A stretch of 64,000 nt of DNA from Candidatus Nanohaloarchaea archaeon (GCA_047617985.1 JBLGBS010000003.1:1-64000); one strand, 5' to 3'; counted from the first letter of the stretch, positions 28,363 through 37,762 are shown. A program made the numbers and translations. Notes: a model not told the origin generated them from the sequence alone.

Positions 28363-28701
28363 CTACCGGTTAGGGTTGAAGTCCCGGTTACCTACATCGT
28401 TTTCCCCTTCCAGAAGCTCGTCGGCATCTTCCTCCGGTTCCGTATCTTTCTGTTCACGGCTTCTCTGAGCGCTCTCGTTTCTCTGCTTCGATTTGTCTCT
28501 GTTTTTCTGACGTTTCTGAGTCTGCTCTCCACCTTCCTGCACCTGCTGGATGAACTCATCTGTATCGACCCCTGCTTCTTCCAGTGCGCTTAGATGTCTC
28601 TGGAGCTGAGAGTTAACGATCTGCAGAATTCTTGAAAGCTCTTTTTTCTCGTGTAGAAGTGTTTCGACTGCGCCTTTGTGTTTACCTATCTGTTCTGACA
28701 T
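28363..28701 (-). CDS. Hypothetical coiled-coil protein with a K/R/E-rich tail
   Basis: 112-aa ORF with no recognisable motif. Confidence 0.35.
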   Translation of the reverse strand: MSEQIGKHKGAVETLLHEKKELSRILQIVNSQLQRHLSALEEAGVDTDEFIQQVQEGGEQTQKRQKNRDKSKQRNESAQRSREQKDTEPEEDADELLEGENDVGNRDFNPNR

Positions 28702-28742
28702 AGGTTATTCTCTGCCTTGAAGTCTTTAACTATTTTTGCCGG

Positions 28743-29879
28743 TCAAGCAGTTGCCAGGATTGAGGCAATGTAACCGGCTCCTGCAAACGTTGCAACTGCG
28801 CTTCCAATGGAGACAAGTACAAATGTCAGGATGATTCTTCCAACCTGGTTGCCCCACAGTTCGGAGTACTTCTCGATGTAAACTATTTCTTCCAGTTCGC
28901 CAACTGAAGGTGGATAGAACTTGGCCTCGAAGTATCCAGCGACCATACCCGCTCCCAGAGCCGGGTAGAGAGAGGTTAGAGGTGCTGAAACAAATGAAAC
29001 CAGCCAGGTAGCGGGATGTGATCTTGCGATTATGGCACCTATCATGGCAGAAATCCCGTTTGCCAGTATCCATATTGCTGTTGCTCTGGTACCGGTGGAG
29101 AAATCAATTCCCAGGAAGGCATAAGCCAGCATCGCGATCACAGCTACCGGTACACCGAATCTGACTGCTTTAAGCCACGGCAGACTAGAAGATTTCTCAA
29201 CCTTTTTTCTCTCGAAGCTCTCCTGCCTCAGGTTTTCAATTAATCCTTCTACATGTGCAGCACCCACGAAAACCACTGCGTGCTCAAAATCTTTCTCCAG
29301 TATTTTTTCTGCCATGTAGTCGTTTCTCTCATCAAGTAAAACCTTCTTCAGCTCGGGAAACTCTTCCTCAAGCTCCTCGACTATCTGGGATAGCATATCG
29401 GACTGTTTCAGCTCTTCAACCTCTATATCAGTTCTCTCGAAAACTATAGATGAAAGAAGCAGTAGTTTGTCCAGAATCCCGAGCTCCTCTTTCACACGTT
29501 TGAGGGTGATGCTGATATCCTGGTCTATAACACCGTATTCAATACCTTTTTCCTCAGCTGTTTCCACCGCTTCAAGAAGCTCTGAACCAGGTTCAACACC
29601 CTGCTCCATACCGATTTTTCTCTGGTAAATAGACATCAGCAGGTTCAGAGCAAGAACTGAGCCTCGTCCCTCACGCACTGCTTCCTTGATATCAATATCT
29701 TTCCAGCCTTCCCTATCTCTTATCGATTCAAGCCTCTTCTCGTCCAGCTCGACACCTACAAAATCCGGGTCGAGATCATTTATGGATTCTCTAACCGCCT
29801 GAACACTTTCATCCGAGACATGGGCGGTTCCGATAACAGTAATTTTCCTATCTCCCAGGTTTACGGTCTCCCTGACCAT
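28743..29879 (-). CDS. TraB/PrgY family protein
   Basis: N-terminal ITVIGTAHVSDESV...PDFVGVELD matches the TraB signature, and GAAHV recurs later. The C-terminus is a multi-TM region. Confidence 0.7.
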   Translation of the reverse strand: MVRETVNLGDRKITVIGTAHVSDESVQAVRESINDLDPDFVGVELDEKRLESIRDREGWKDIDIKEAVREGRGSVLALNLLMSIYQRKIGMEQGVEPGSELLEAVETAEEKGIEYGVIDQDISITLKRVKEELGILDKLLLLSSIVFERTDIEVEELKQSDMLSQIVEELEEEFPELKKVLLDERNDYMAEKILEKDFEHAVVFVGAAHVEGLIENLRQESFERKKVEKSSSLPWLKAVRFGVPVAVIAMLAYAFLGIDFSTGTRATAIWILANGISAMIGAIIARSHPATWLVSFVSAPLTSLYPALGAGMVAGYFEAKFYPPSVGELEEIVYIEKYSELWGNQVGRIILTFVLVSIGSAVATFAGAGYIASILATA

Positions 29880-29933
29880 GTTAAACTGTTTAATGCTGGA
29901 GGCTTTTTATACTCCTTAACCTAAAAACAGGTT

Positions 29934-30479
29934 ATGAAAAAAGCGGTAGCTCCGGTTCTGATAGTTTTCTTCACAGCAGTGGTTCTTGGACATGGAGGAG
30001 CTCACCAGTCGCTTCCGGAGCCGGGCCATTCGCCGGGTTCGATGATGTACGGACTGGAGCAGGCATATGAGTCGGTAAGCCTTGCGCTGACTTTCAGTCA
30101 AGAGGAAAAAGTTAAGAAGAAGATCGGTTTTGCTGAGGAAAGGCTTTCAGAATCAGCTCACCTGGCACAGGAAAACAAGACAGAGCTGGCCTTCAGGGCA
30201 TCAAACAGGTACCTGGAGACGATTAATGAAGCCGAGCAGATGGCAAATCGGACAGGAAACGAAAACCTGACCGAACTCGTTGATAACCATAGACAGGATA
30301 ACACAGAAATCCTTGAGGATCTACAGGAAATTCTTCCCGAGGAAGCTTCACAGGGGCTGGATACAGCTCTTGAAAAAATGGACAGAGCTCAGAGAGAAGA
30401 TAACCGGCCTGAGAACAGCTCCGATCAAAACGGAAGGGAAATGGCGGGATTCGTTGCGACCGGTAGAGCTATGAACTAG
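29934..30479 (+). CDS. Secreted hypothetical protein (signal peptide)
   Basis: N-terminal hydrophobic signal MKKAVAPVLIVFFTAVVLG followed by a helical acidic domain. Confidence 0.4.
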   Translation: MKKAVAPVLIVFFTAVVLGHGGAHQSLPEPGHSPGSMMYGLEQAYESVSLALTFSQEEKVKKKIGFAEERLSESAHLAQENKTELAFRASNRYLETINEAEQMANRTGNENLTELVDNHRQDNTEILEDLQEILPEEASQGLDTALEKMDRAQREDNRPENSSDQNGREMAGFVATGRAMN

Positions 30480-30849
30480 ATTCTTCTTTTTCCAGAAATC
30501 TGTGAAGCTCAGCCAGATCGTAGATATTGGATTCGCTGAAATCATATTTTAGGTGACCGGAATCGGTTTGTTCCATGACACCGATATAGTCTCTGTCTCT
30601 AAGGTACTCCATCGAATTGCTTAGATGCCTCTGATTTACTTCTCCGTCAATCTTGCTTACCCGGATGTTGGCAACTTTATTCTTGAACTTTCCCCACTCA
30701 GGCTCTCCCGTCTCGTAGTCCCATGAACCTATGCAGTTCACGATAGCAGGTATAAGGTCATCGTAAACTTCCTCGAGAGCGTTTCTTGGGTCGCTTCCAG
30801 GCTGTAATTTTCCGCCTTTGTAGGGTTCAAGCTCGTCTATTGGACTCAT
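30469..30849 (-). CDS. Hypothetical protein
   Basis: 126-aa ORF. Confidence 0.4.
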   Translation of the reverse strand: MSPIDELEPYKGGKLQPGSDPRNALEEVYDDLIPAIVNCIGSWDYETGEPEWGKFKNKVANIRVSKIDGEVNQRHLSNSMEYLRDRDYIGVMEQTDSGHLKYDFSESNIYDLAELHRFLEKEESSS

Positions 30850-30892
30850 CTACCATTTTTTATCCGGCAAAGTATTTTACAGTAACCCGGGT

Positions 30893-31747
30893 TTAATCCT
30901 GGTTTGATTCGTCGGTTATTTCGTCTAGGCCCTCTTTGATCTCGTCACTGCTCATGTTCTCCACGTTGCCTATATCGAAGTTTGAGAGATCGATGTCCGA
31001 AATCTTGTCGAGAACGTCCTGCAGACCCTGCTCGCTTTCACCTGAGCTCATACCTCCGATCAGCTCTGTTGGGAAGGTGACAATAGTCGAGTTCTCCGCA
31101 GCGACACTATCAAGCGTCTGAAGCGTTCTCATTCTGTAGCCTTTATCACCAATAATTTCGGAAGCCTGACGGAGTTTAACCGCTGCCTCAAGCTCTCCTT
31201 GAGCATTGGTTCTTCTAGCTCTTCTATCTCTTTCAGCTTCTGCCTCTGCAGCCATAGCTCTCTCCATTTTTCCAGGCAGGTTGATGTTCTGTATCTCGAC
31301 ATCAATCACGTTAACGCCAAAGCTGTCAGTCTTGTCATCCAGCTTTCTCTGGATCTCATCTCCGATCTCATCCCTTCTCTGAAGAAGATCATCCAGCTGT
31401 TTCTTTCCGACAAGATCTCTGAGGATAGAGGTTGCGTAGTTCAAGGTCTGCTTCCGGTAATCGCCGACATTTACAATCGAATCCTTTACATCTTCAGTAG
31501 TATCCTTTATCTCGAAGAAAACTACTCCATCAACCTCTACAGGTACGTTGTCCCGGGTTATAGCTTCCTGCTTCTTCACATCCACGGAATCCTCGTAGAC
31601 AGGTACAGTAACCGGTTTCTCGATAAACGGGATCTTGAAATGCAGACCTGATTTTCTACTGCGTTTATAGCTTCCAAATCTCAGAATAATGCTTCTCTCC
31701 CACTCATCGTTCATGAAAAACGGGAAAGGCCCAGAAATAGATGTCAT
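30893..31747 (-). CDS. SPFH/band-7 (stomatin/prohibitin-like) protein
   Basis: SPFH core (RFGSYKR...VPVEVDGVVFFEI), a coiled-coil segment (AMAAEAEAERDRRA), and an acidic tail. Confidence 0.8.
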   Translation of the reverse strand: MTSISGPFPFFMNDEWERSIILRFGSYKRSRKSGLHFKIPFIEKPVTVPVYEDSVDVKKQEAITRDNVPVEVDGVVFFEIKDTTEDVKDSIVNVGDYRKQTLNYATSILRDLVGKKQLDDLLQRRDEIGDEIQRKLDDKTDSFGVNVIDVEIQNINLPGKMERAMAAEAEAERDRRARRTNAQGELEAAVKLRQASEIIGDKGYRMRTLQTLDSVAAENSTIVTFPTELIGGMSSGESEQGLQDVLDKISDIDLSNFDIGNVENMSSDEIKEGLDEITDESNQD

Positions 31748-31837
31748 ATTATTTTGTTGGTTTTAATCTGTAATATAATCTTCGGGAGAATACAGCACCA
31801 AAAATTTTCAGACGGATTTCAGAATCAGAAAATTGAG

Positions 31838-32167
31838 TTAATTTTCGTTTTCTGGTATATTTTCTTTTAGCTCCCAGCCTTCAAGCGCGCCGTATGGATC
31901 TATCTCGAAATTATGGTAATCATTGAAGAGCTCGATAGCTTCAACCGCGGTAGCCAGTGTGAATTCATCCACTTCACGGATTAAAGTATATTTTATGATG
32001 TACTTCAGATCTGACGATTCCTCTACACTTCTCAGCTGTTTATTTCCATGTTTAAACACTAGCTGTGCGCTTTCATCGACTTTCTGGCTTTTCTGGGCTG
32101 ACAGACGCAAGTTCATACTATTGCCGTGGTTATCCCATTTACCGAAAATAACTGATTCTGACTTCAT
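31838..32167 (-). CDS. Hypothetical protein
   Basis: 109-aa ORF. Confidence 0.4.
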   Translation of the reverse strand: MKSESVIFGKWDNHGNSMNLRLSAQKSQKVDESAQLVFKHGNKQLRSVEESSDLKYIIKYTLIREVDEFTLATAVEAIELFNDYHNFEIDPYGALEGWELKENIPENEN

Positions 32168-32277
32168 AACTTATAGAACAACAATAGAACAGGGACTGTT
32201 AAAACAACCTTTATACTTCAACCATCCATAATTTTCTCAGAAGAGGGAAATTCTAGTCATATATTTAGAAAGGTCTA

Positions 32278-32360
32278 TGCGGGGGACAGGATTCGAACCT
32301 GCGAACCGCTAGAGGACAGGATCCTAAATCCTGCGCCTTTGACCACTTGGCTACCCCCGC
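32278..32360 (-). tRNA. tRNA-Leu (anticodon TAG)
   Basis: Read on the reverse complement. Acceptor GCGGGGG/CCCCCGC, D-arm GCC-AAGTGGTCAAA-GGC, anticodon stem CAGGA/TCCTG with loop TTTAGGA, a long variable arm, T-arm GCAGG-TTCGAAT-CCTGT, discriminator A. Confidence 0.8.
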
Positions 32361-32456
32361 AAACCATTTGGTTTGCTCGGAACGAGAAGACCTTTGAGGT
32401 CTTCGTGCCCCGCGTATTGTCTTGCCTATTGTATTGAGGGAGGTTGGCAAGAAATT

Positions 32457-32470
32457 CTTGGCTACCCCCG
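32457..32470 (-). repeat. Direct repeat of the tRNA-Leu 5' end (14-15 nt), 96 bp upstream of the tRNA
   Basis: CTTGGCTACCCCCG at 32457-32470 is identical to 32346-32359, which encodes the tRNA-Leu 5' acceptor and D-arm. Confidence 0.6.
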
Positions 32471-32598
32471 TATAGGAGCTATGTTGTTGTTTGAGGTGGT
32501 TAATATTTTTAATACAGTGTGCTGTTTCTGTCTGGATTTACAGTAAACTGTTTAAAAACTGGTTTTCAATGAGTTTTCAGGGGAGAAGGGGTTATTTG

Positions 32599-33264
32599 AT
32601 GGAATACAATGGTTTTGATGTTTACTGGGATGGACATGCCTCGGTGAGGGTTGTTGACGAGGGCTTCACTACTGCTGTCGATCCTTTTGGACAGGTTTCT
32701 CCTGATTTTGATGCCGATCTTGTTCTTGTGACGCATGAGCACACCGGTCATTTTGATCCTGTCAAGCTGGAAGAGGTTTGCTCTTCCGGTACGTGTGTTG
32801 TGATACCTGATTCTATGGATCCTGATGATATTCCATGCAGTGATGTGGAGACTATGGAGGAGGGCCAGGAGATCGATATTTTCGGGATAACCGTTGAGGC
32901 TGTTTCAATGTACAATGACAGGCATGAAAGAGGTGAGGGATTTGGCTACAGGTTTGAGATGCGTGGCCACAGTTTTTTCGTTGCCGGGGATACCGGTTTA
33001 ATCGATGAGTTTTTCGATCTGGAGAACAGGGTTAATGTTGCGTTTCTCCCGGTTGAAGGGGATTACACTATGGATGTTGACGAGGCTATAAAGTCAGCGG
33101 TAAGGATTAAACCTGATATGGTTGTTCCATACCATTACGGGAAGCCGTTTTTCTCGGATATGAGTGTTGATCTAAAGGCTTTCAGGAACGAGCTGGAGGA
33201 CAGAAACATTAGATGTGAAATAATTGAGAGTAAATATTTAGACGAGACTGCTCAGGCTGAGTAA
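32599..33264 (+). CDS. Metallo-beta-lactamase-fold hydrolase. It probably starts at MEYNG (32599), not at the ORF-track start (32491), which would overlap the tRNA region.
   Basis: VLVTHEHTGHFD matches the MBL HxHxDH motif. Confidence 0.6.
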   Translation: MEYNGFDVYWDGHASVRVVDEGFTTAVDPFGQVSPDFDADLVLVTHEHTGHFDPVKLEEVCSSGTCVVIPDSMDPDDIPCSDVETMEEGQEIDIFGITVEAVSMYNDRHERGEGFGYRFEMRGHSFFVAGDTGLIDEFFDLENRVNVAFLPVEGDYTMDVDEAIKSAVRIKPDMVVPYHYGKPFFSDMSVDLKAFRNELEDRNIRCEIIESKYLDETAQAE

Positions 33265-33696
33265 CTGCTCGGCTATGTAAGTTCTGAGTGAGTTAACCGC
33301 GCCTTTGCTGTCGTATTCGATTTCTCCGTTTTTCAGCTTCTGGTTCAGCGATTTGATCGGCTGTTCTGAGGCTGTAATGTTTCTTATCTGTTTCCCGGTT
33401 GTATTGACTTCGAGGGTTGCGTTTTCGAAATTCTCCATCTTTATTTCCTGGACGCTGGTTCCGTTCATTTTGACACCTACTTCTTCCGTGGTGTTGTTTG
33501 ATTCAATTCTTGCGTTAATTGTCTGATCTCCGACTAGAGAACCCATAAACTGTGGGACGTCCTGCATGTAGATGTTGGTTTCTTCTTCGAGGTGATCTGT
33601 GTTTTGCTCGTTAAGCATCTCCATGCTGAATGGGTGTGCTGAGACTGCTCCAAGCGAAAGTGCTACTGTCAAAAGTAGAACGGCGGTCTTTCTCAT
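33238..33696 (-). CDS. Secreted hypothetical protein
   Basis: Signal peptide MRKTAVLLLTVALSLGAVSA. Confidence 0.4.
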   Translation of the reverse strand: MRKTAVLLLTVALSLGAVSAHPFSMEMLNEQNTDHLEEETNIYMQDVPQFMGSLVGDQTINARIESNNTTEEVGVKMNGTSVQEIKMENFENATLEVNTTGKQIRNITASEQPIKSLNQKLKNGEIEYDSKGAVNSLRTYIAEQLLSLSSLV

Positions 33697-33750
33697 GTTT
33701 ATCTAATCAGGTAGAACTATATTTATATCTGTCACTCTGAATCTGGTTTT

Positions 33751-35487
33751 TTACTTGACTGTAACGCTTTTTGCCAGGTTTCTCGGCTTGTCCGGGTTGT
33801 TGCCTTTTTTCAGGGATGTTCTGTATGCCAGCATCTGGAAGGGAACTACCTGGAGGATTTCGGAGTTTTGATCTTCAGGTATTTCGATGAACTCCATGAA
33901 TCCATCGATCATGTTCTCGCCTGACGCAATTATGTCGGCGCCTCTGCTTTTGGCTTCTGCGATGTTTGACATCATCTCTTCTGAGCCTTCTTCAGTCATT
34001 ATCCCGACTACCGGGGTTTCTTCCTCGATTAACGCGAGCGTGCCGTGTTTGAACTCTCCTCCCGGGAATGATTCTGCGTGGATGTATGACAGCTCTTTGA
34101 GTTTGAGCGCTGACTCTCTCGCTATATCGTATCCTGTGCTTCTTCCTATGAAGTAGACGTTTTCTTTGTTCTGAAGGTAGTCGCTGAGCTGGTCTATAGT
34201 CTTTCTATTTGATTCAAGCACAGTCTCCACTTTTGAAGCTGTTCGGATAAGTGACTCTCTGCCGGCTTCCAGTTCTCCCTGAACGGTGTAACTTATCATC
34301 TTCAGGACTGTGAGCTGGGCGGTGAAGGCTTTTGTGGAGGCAACCCCGATTTCAGGGCCTGCGTTGACATAAAGGGTGTGCTCTGACTGTCTGTCCAGCG
34401 TTGATCCGACCACGTTGACAACTGAAAGCACATCTGCTTCAACTTCACCTAGGAGTGAGAGGAGGTCAGCTGTCTCCCCGCTCTGGCTTATTGCAATTAC
34501 AAGATCGTTTTCAGTAATCTCGTCTTTCCTGTATTCTAATTCGTGTGACTGCTCTATTTCAACCCGGTTTCCGGTTTCCCTGAGGTATTTTGCTCCGAGT
34601 GATGCTGCGTAGCTTGAGGTTCCGCAACCGGTTAAGTATACTCTTTCCGCTTCTTTGATCATTTCCACTGCTTTCTCCATATCTTTCCTGTCCTGGAGCG
34701 CAGCTCTTTTTATGGTCTTAGACTGCTCATGGATCTCCTTCTCCATGAAATGGCTGTAACCCTGTTTTGAGGCTTCTCCTGCGTCCCAGTCGATCTCCTC
34801 ATAATCTATATCTTTTCTCTCTCCGCCGTTGAAGATCTGGATTTCCTCGTCGATAACTGCGTAGTCGCCGTCCTCGAAGAAGTACGCTGTATCAATTTGG
34901 CTGAGGAAAGGTGTTACATCTGATCCAAGGAAAACCTCGCTGTCGCTCTCTGAAACTACTAGGGGTGAGCCCTGCTTCATCGCGACCATCTCACCTGTTT
35001 TAAGAGTTGCAAGAACAGCGTATGATCCTTCAAGCCGGTTCATCACATTCCGGCAGACCTTTTCCAGATCGTCTGTTTCTTCCAGCTCTTTTTCGATTAG
35101 GTGCGGAATGACTTCTGTATCAGTATCAGACTTCATCTCCACTTCAAGCTCTTTCTTCAGCTGTTCGTGGTTGTTGATTATCCCGTTGTGGACAACCGCT
35201 ACATGCTCGTCTTCTCCGGTATGGGGATGTGCGTTTGTATCATTTACCTCTCCATGTGTTGCCCACCTGGTGTGGCCTATACCGGTTTTTCCATCCAGTG
35301 TTTCAACGGTTTCCTCTGCGTCAAGCACTTCATCGATTGTGCCCTCTCCTTTCTCGATCTTGAGGGATGGATTGCCGACTGTGGCTATCCCGGCTGAGTC
35401 GTATCCTCGGTACTCAAGCTTTTCAAGCGCTTCTCTAACAACTTCAGATGCGCTGTCTTCTCCTCTGTATCCTACGATTCCGCACAT
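33751..35487 (-). CDS. glmS: Glutamine--fructose-6-phosphate aminotransferase (isomerising)
   Basis: N-terminal MCGIVGY supplies the Ntn-Cys glutaminase. Two SIS domains follow, and the C-terminus ends ...KSVTVK (a KSVTVE-type end). Confidence 0.9.
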   Translation of the reverse strand: MCGIVGYRGEDSASEVVREALEKLEYRGYDSAGIATVGNPSLKIEKGEGTIDEVLDAEETVETLDGKTGIGHTRWATHGEVNDTNAHPHTGEDEHVAVVHNGIINNHEQLKKELEVEMKSDTDTEVIPHLIEKELEETDDLEKVCRNVMNRLEGSYAVLATLKTGEMVAMKQGSPLVVSESDSEVFLGSDVTPFLSQIDTAYFFEDGDYAVIDEEIQIFNGGERKDIDYEEIDWDAGEASKQGYSHFMEKEIHEQSKTIKRAALQDRKDMEKAVEMIKEAERVYLTGCGTSSYAASLGAKYLRETGNRVEIEQSHELEYRKDEITENDLVIAISQSGETADLLSLLGEVEADVLSVVNVVGSTLDRQSEHTLYVNAGPEIGVASTKAFTAQLTVLKMISYTVQGELEAGRESLIRTASKVETVLESNRKTIDQLSDYLQNKENVYFIGRSTGYDIARESALKLKELSYIHAESFPGGEFKHGTLALIEEETPVVGIMTEEGSEEMMSNIAEAKSRGADIIASGENMIDGFMEFIEIPEDQNSEILQVVPFQMLAYRTSLKKGNNPDKPRNLAKSVTVK

Positions 35488-35620
35488 AACTACATCCTGT
35501 AAAATTGTTCGAGGGACTTATAAACAGGCCAGTTTAAGCCGTTCGACAACGGAAGGCGATATGCTTATTACTTCAGCGGGGTATGAAACAGGGTTTGAGG
35601 GAAAAGCAGTAAAAGATTTA

Positions 35621-35634
35621 TATTACCGGTAATA
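35621..35634. promoter_or_regulatory. Perfect 14-bp palindrome TATTACCGGTAATA overlapping the TATA-like element of the HTH/Mrr-like operon promoter
   Basis: Read directly from the sequence. It lies 12-25 bp upstream of the ATG at 35646, inside TTTATATTACCGGTAATAAATA. Confidence 0.5.
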
Positions 35635-35645
35635 AATACACTCCA

Positions 35646-36548
35646 ATGGCAAGGGTTTTGAGAGATGACCGAGAATCCGTGGAATCGGCTGAACTGGAAG
35701 CAGAAGAGATCAAGGCACTCAGCGATCCTACACGGGTGAAGATACTGAAGAAGCTGGGGGAGAGCGCATCTTACCCTGCCAAGGTCTCGAAAGAGCTTGA
35801 CTTACCAAAGCAGAAAACTTACTACCATTTCAGGATACTTGAGGAAAACGGACTGATAGAGGAAGAACGCAGGGAGGAGCGATCCGGCGGTCTGGCAACC
35901 TTCTACACACCTGTACAGAAATCTTTCCACCTGGATCTGGGCGGTGAAGGAAATAAAACAGCGTTCGAATCTTTTGCCGAAGCCGAAACATTTCTCAGAC
36001 CGCTGGTGGAGGAGGGAAAACTCAACGGGAAGATAGTTGTCGGCTCCCCGGATGAGCACGGCCCGGATCAGGTTAGAGCCAGAGACGGTCATCTGGCAGG
36101 AGAGATAGGTTTAAAGTTGGGAAAGTACGCAAACTCCTCAGGGTCATCTGTACGGCTGGACACAGAGATTTTCCGCTCCGAGTCTTTTGACCAGAACCTG
36201 TTAATGCTGGGCGGTGTTCTGACCAACACGGTTACAAGAAAATACAACTCGGAGTTCCCGGTGAGCTTTGAAGGAGAAAGCTTTCCATACCGGGGATTTG
36301 AGACGCCAGAGGGGAGCTACACTGATGCAAAGACCGGTGTTATCGCGAAAACAGAGCACCCTGAAGCAGAGGGAAAGTATCTTTACATGGTTGCAGGTGT
36401 ACAGAGCGATGGCACTCGATCTGCGGTGAAAGCGTTCAAGGATCTGGATCAGCTATTTGAAGAAGGGCAGACATACACTGTTATCAAGGGGCGCGATATG
36501 GATGGAGACGGGGAGATTGACGAATACGAGGTTCTAGAAAAAGGATGA
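35646..36548 (+). CDS. Winged-HTH (ArsR-like) regulator fused to an uncharacterised C-terminal domain of about 190 aa
   Basis: The N-terminus LSDPTRVKILKKLGESASYPAKVSKELDLPKQKTYYHFRILEENGLIEE is an ArsR-type HTH. The C-terminus has a glycine-rich IVVGSPDEHGPDQ... segment of unknown family. Confidence 0.5.
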   Translation: MARVLRDDRESVESAELEAEEIKALSDPTRVKILKKLGESASYPAKVSKELDLPKQKTYYHFRILEENGLIEEERREERSGGLATFYTPVQKSFHLDLGGEGNKTAFESFAEAETFLRPLVEEGKLNGKIVVGSPDEHGPDQVRARDGHLAGEIGLKLGKYANSSGSSVRLDTEIFRSESFDQNLLMLGGVLTNTVTRKYNSEFPVSFEGESFPYRGFETPEGSYTDAKTGVIAKTEHPEAEGKYLYMVAGVQSDGTRSAVKAFKDLDQLFEEGQTYTVIKGRDMDGDGEIDEYEVLEKG

Positions 36549-37762
36549 GCGAATGGGAAGTATTCCAGAGAGATGTTCTTGATGTTCTGAGGCAGTACGA
36601 AGGATACTTTGACTACTTCGAAAGAGTTGGAAGCTTGAGCGATGACTCACGTCCGGACTGCTTCGGCAGAATCTCGAGGGAAGACAAGAAAGAGATCTGG
36701 GTGGTCGACGCCAAAAACAAGGGAGAGATAGATGAGGACGATCTGACCCGGATGAAAAACTATATTGAAATGCTTAAAGCCAACCCGATCGACGCCGGTC
36801 TGGAGATTTCTGAAATCTCGGACTACAGGTTTAGAGGAGTATTCATCACCTCATCGGAGTCCCGCGTAGACAATTTCGAATCCGTACCGTTCAAATCGCT
36901 CCACCAGTTCCTGCAGAACGAGCTTGTATACACCGATACCGACAGAGTGGTTCGGGATGTCTCCAAGATGATGGAGCGCCAGGAACTGAGCCAGAGCCAG
37001 GCACGTCTCCTTTTCCGCTCGCTGAAACCCTACGAGAACCGGTTCAATGAGGGAATGGATCTGCTGAAAGATATAGAATCGGATTACATAGGACTAAATG
37101 TTAAGGAACCGCCTCTGGAGGAGTTTGATCACAAGATTCCGGTAGATGCTGTAGTTACGCACGAGGAGAGAGATATAGCGTTTCTGTTCGATATCCCGTA
37201 CTCCTGGGACGCTGTGAAATCAGTTGAGGAGAAAGCTGAGGAGATTAAATCCATACTTGAAGATATCGATAGAGAGGTGTACTACGCAGCTATAAACACT
37301 TTCCAGCCTCATGATTCAGATTACCTTGTCAGACCTGAGGAAGTTGAGAAAGAGATCCGGGAGACTGCAGGAATTCTCTCGCCTGAAGCCGTAGTTGAAA
37401 TGTTCAAACCGAAGATCAATGTGGAAAAAGAGTTTCACGACGGTGAGATAAGACTGCGATCTGAAGAAGTGAGCTTCCGAATGGCTGTCTCATCGGAGAA
37501 CGATATAAGACACAGGGTTGAAGCAGTTCTGCCGGAAAAAGCTGCAAGCGAGATCAAGAACAGCTTCATGAACTCCCAGACAGAGCTGGGTAAAGTGCTG
37601 GATAACCGTTTCGTCCTTGAGTTCCGCGTGACTGAAGATTTCAGCATTCAGACATCACAGGAGCAGGGATTCAATGATTTCAGAGACTCTGTGAAAAGCA
37701 TTTTCGGTTCAGCAGTTAACCCTGTTCTCGGAAAGAAGGTGTCCGCAACAAAGTCAATCTGA
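36545..37762 (+). CDS. PD-(D/E)xK restriction-endonuclease-like (Mrr-cat-type) domain protein with a C-terminal extension of about 300 aa
   Basis: RPDCFGRISREDKKEIWVVDAKNK gives PD...(E)-x-VVDAK, i.e. the D/ExK signature. Its start overlaps the upstream HTH gene by 4 bp (ATGA). Confidence 0.5.
   Translation: MSEWEVFQRDVLDVLRQYEGYFDYFERVGSLSDDSRPDCFGRISREDKKEIWVVDAKNKGEIDEDDLTRMKNYIEMLKANPIDAGLEISEISDYRFRGVFITSSESRVDNFESVPFKSLHQFLQNELVYTDTDRVVRDVSKMMERQELSQSQARLLFRSLKPYENRFNEGMDLLKDIESDYIGLNVKEPPLEEFDHKIPVDAVVTHEERDIAFLFDIPYSWDAVKSVEEKAEEIKSILEDIDREVYYAAINTFQPHDSDYLVRPEEVEKEIRETAGILSPEAVVEMFKPKINVEKEFHDGEIRLRSEEVSFRMAVSSENDIRHRVEAVLPEKAASEIKNSFMNSQTELGKVLDNRFVLEFRVTEDFSIQTSQEQGFNDFRDSVKSIFGSAVNPVLGKKVSATKSI

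Noticed and set aside
28726-29073. 115-aa minus-strand ORF overlapping the TraB gene, and similar nested ORFs elsewhere (for example 46269-46538 and 47606-48130 inside nrdJ, 52710-53189 inside the DUF389 gene, and 57042-57521 inside nfo)
   Set aside because: These are shadow ORFs in alternative frames of genes with clear motifs. Their Cys/Arg/Ser-rich composition is typical of out-of-frame reading of acidic coding sequence.
32265-32450. 61-aa ORF overlapping tRNA-Leu, and 69-aa ORF 40371-40580 overlapping tRNA-Trp
   Set aside because: They overlap confidently folded tRNA genes. The translations are Arg/Pro/Cys-rich, as expected for structured RNA read as protein.
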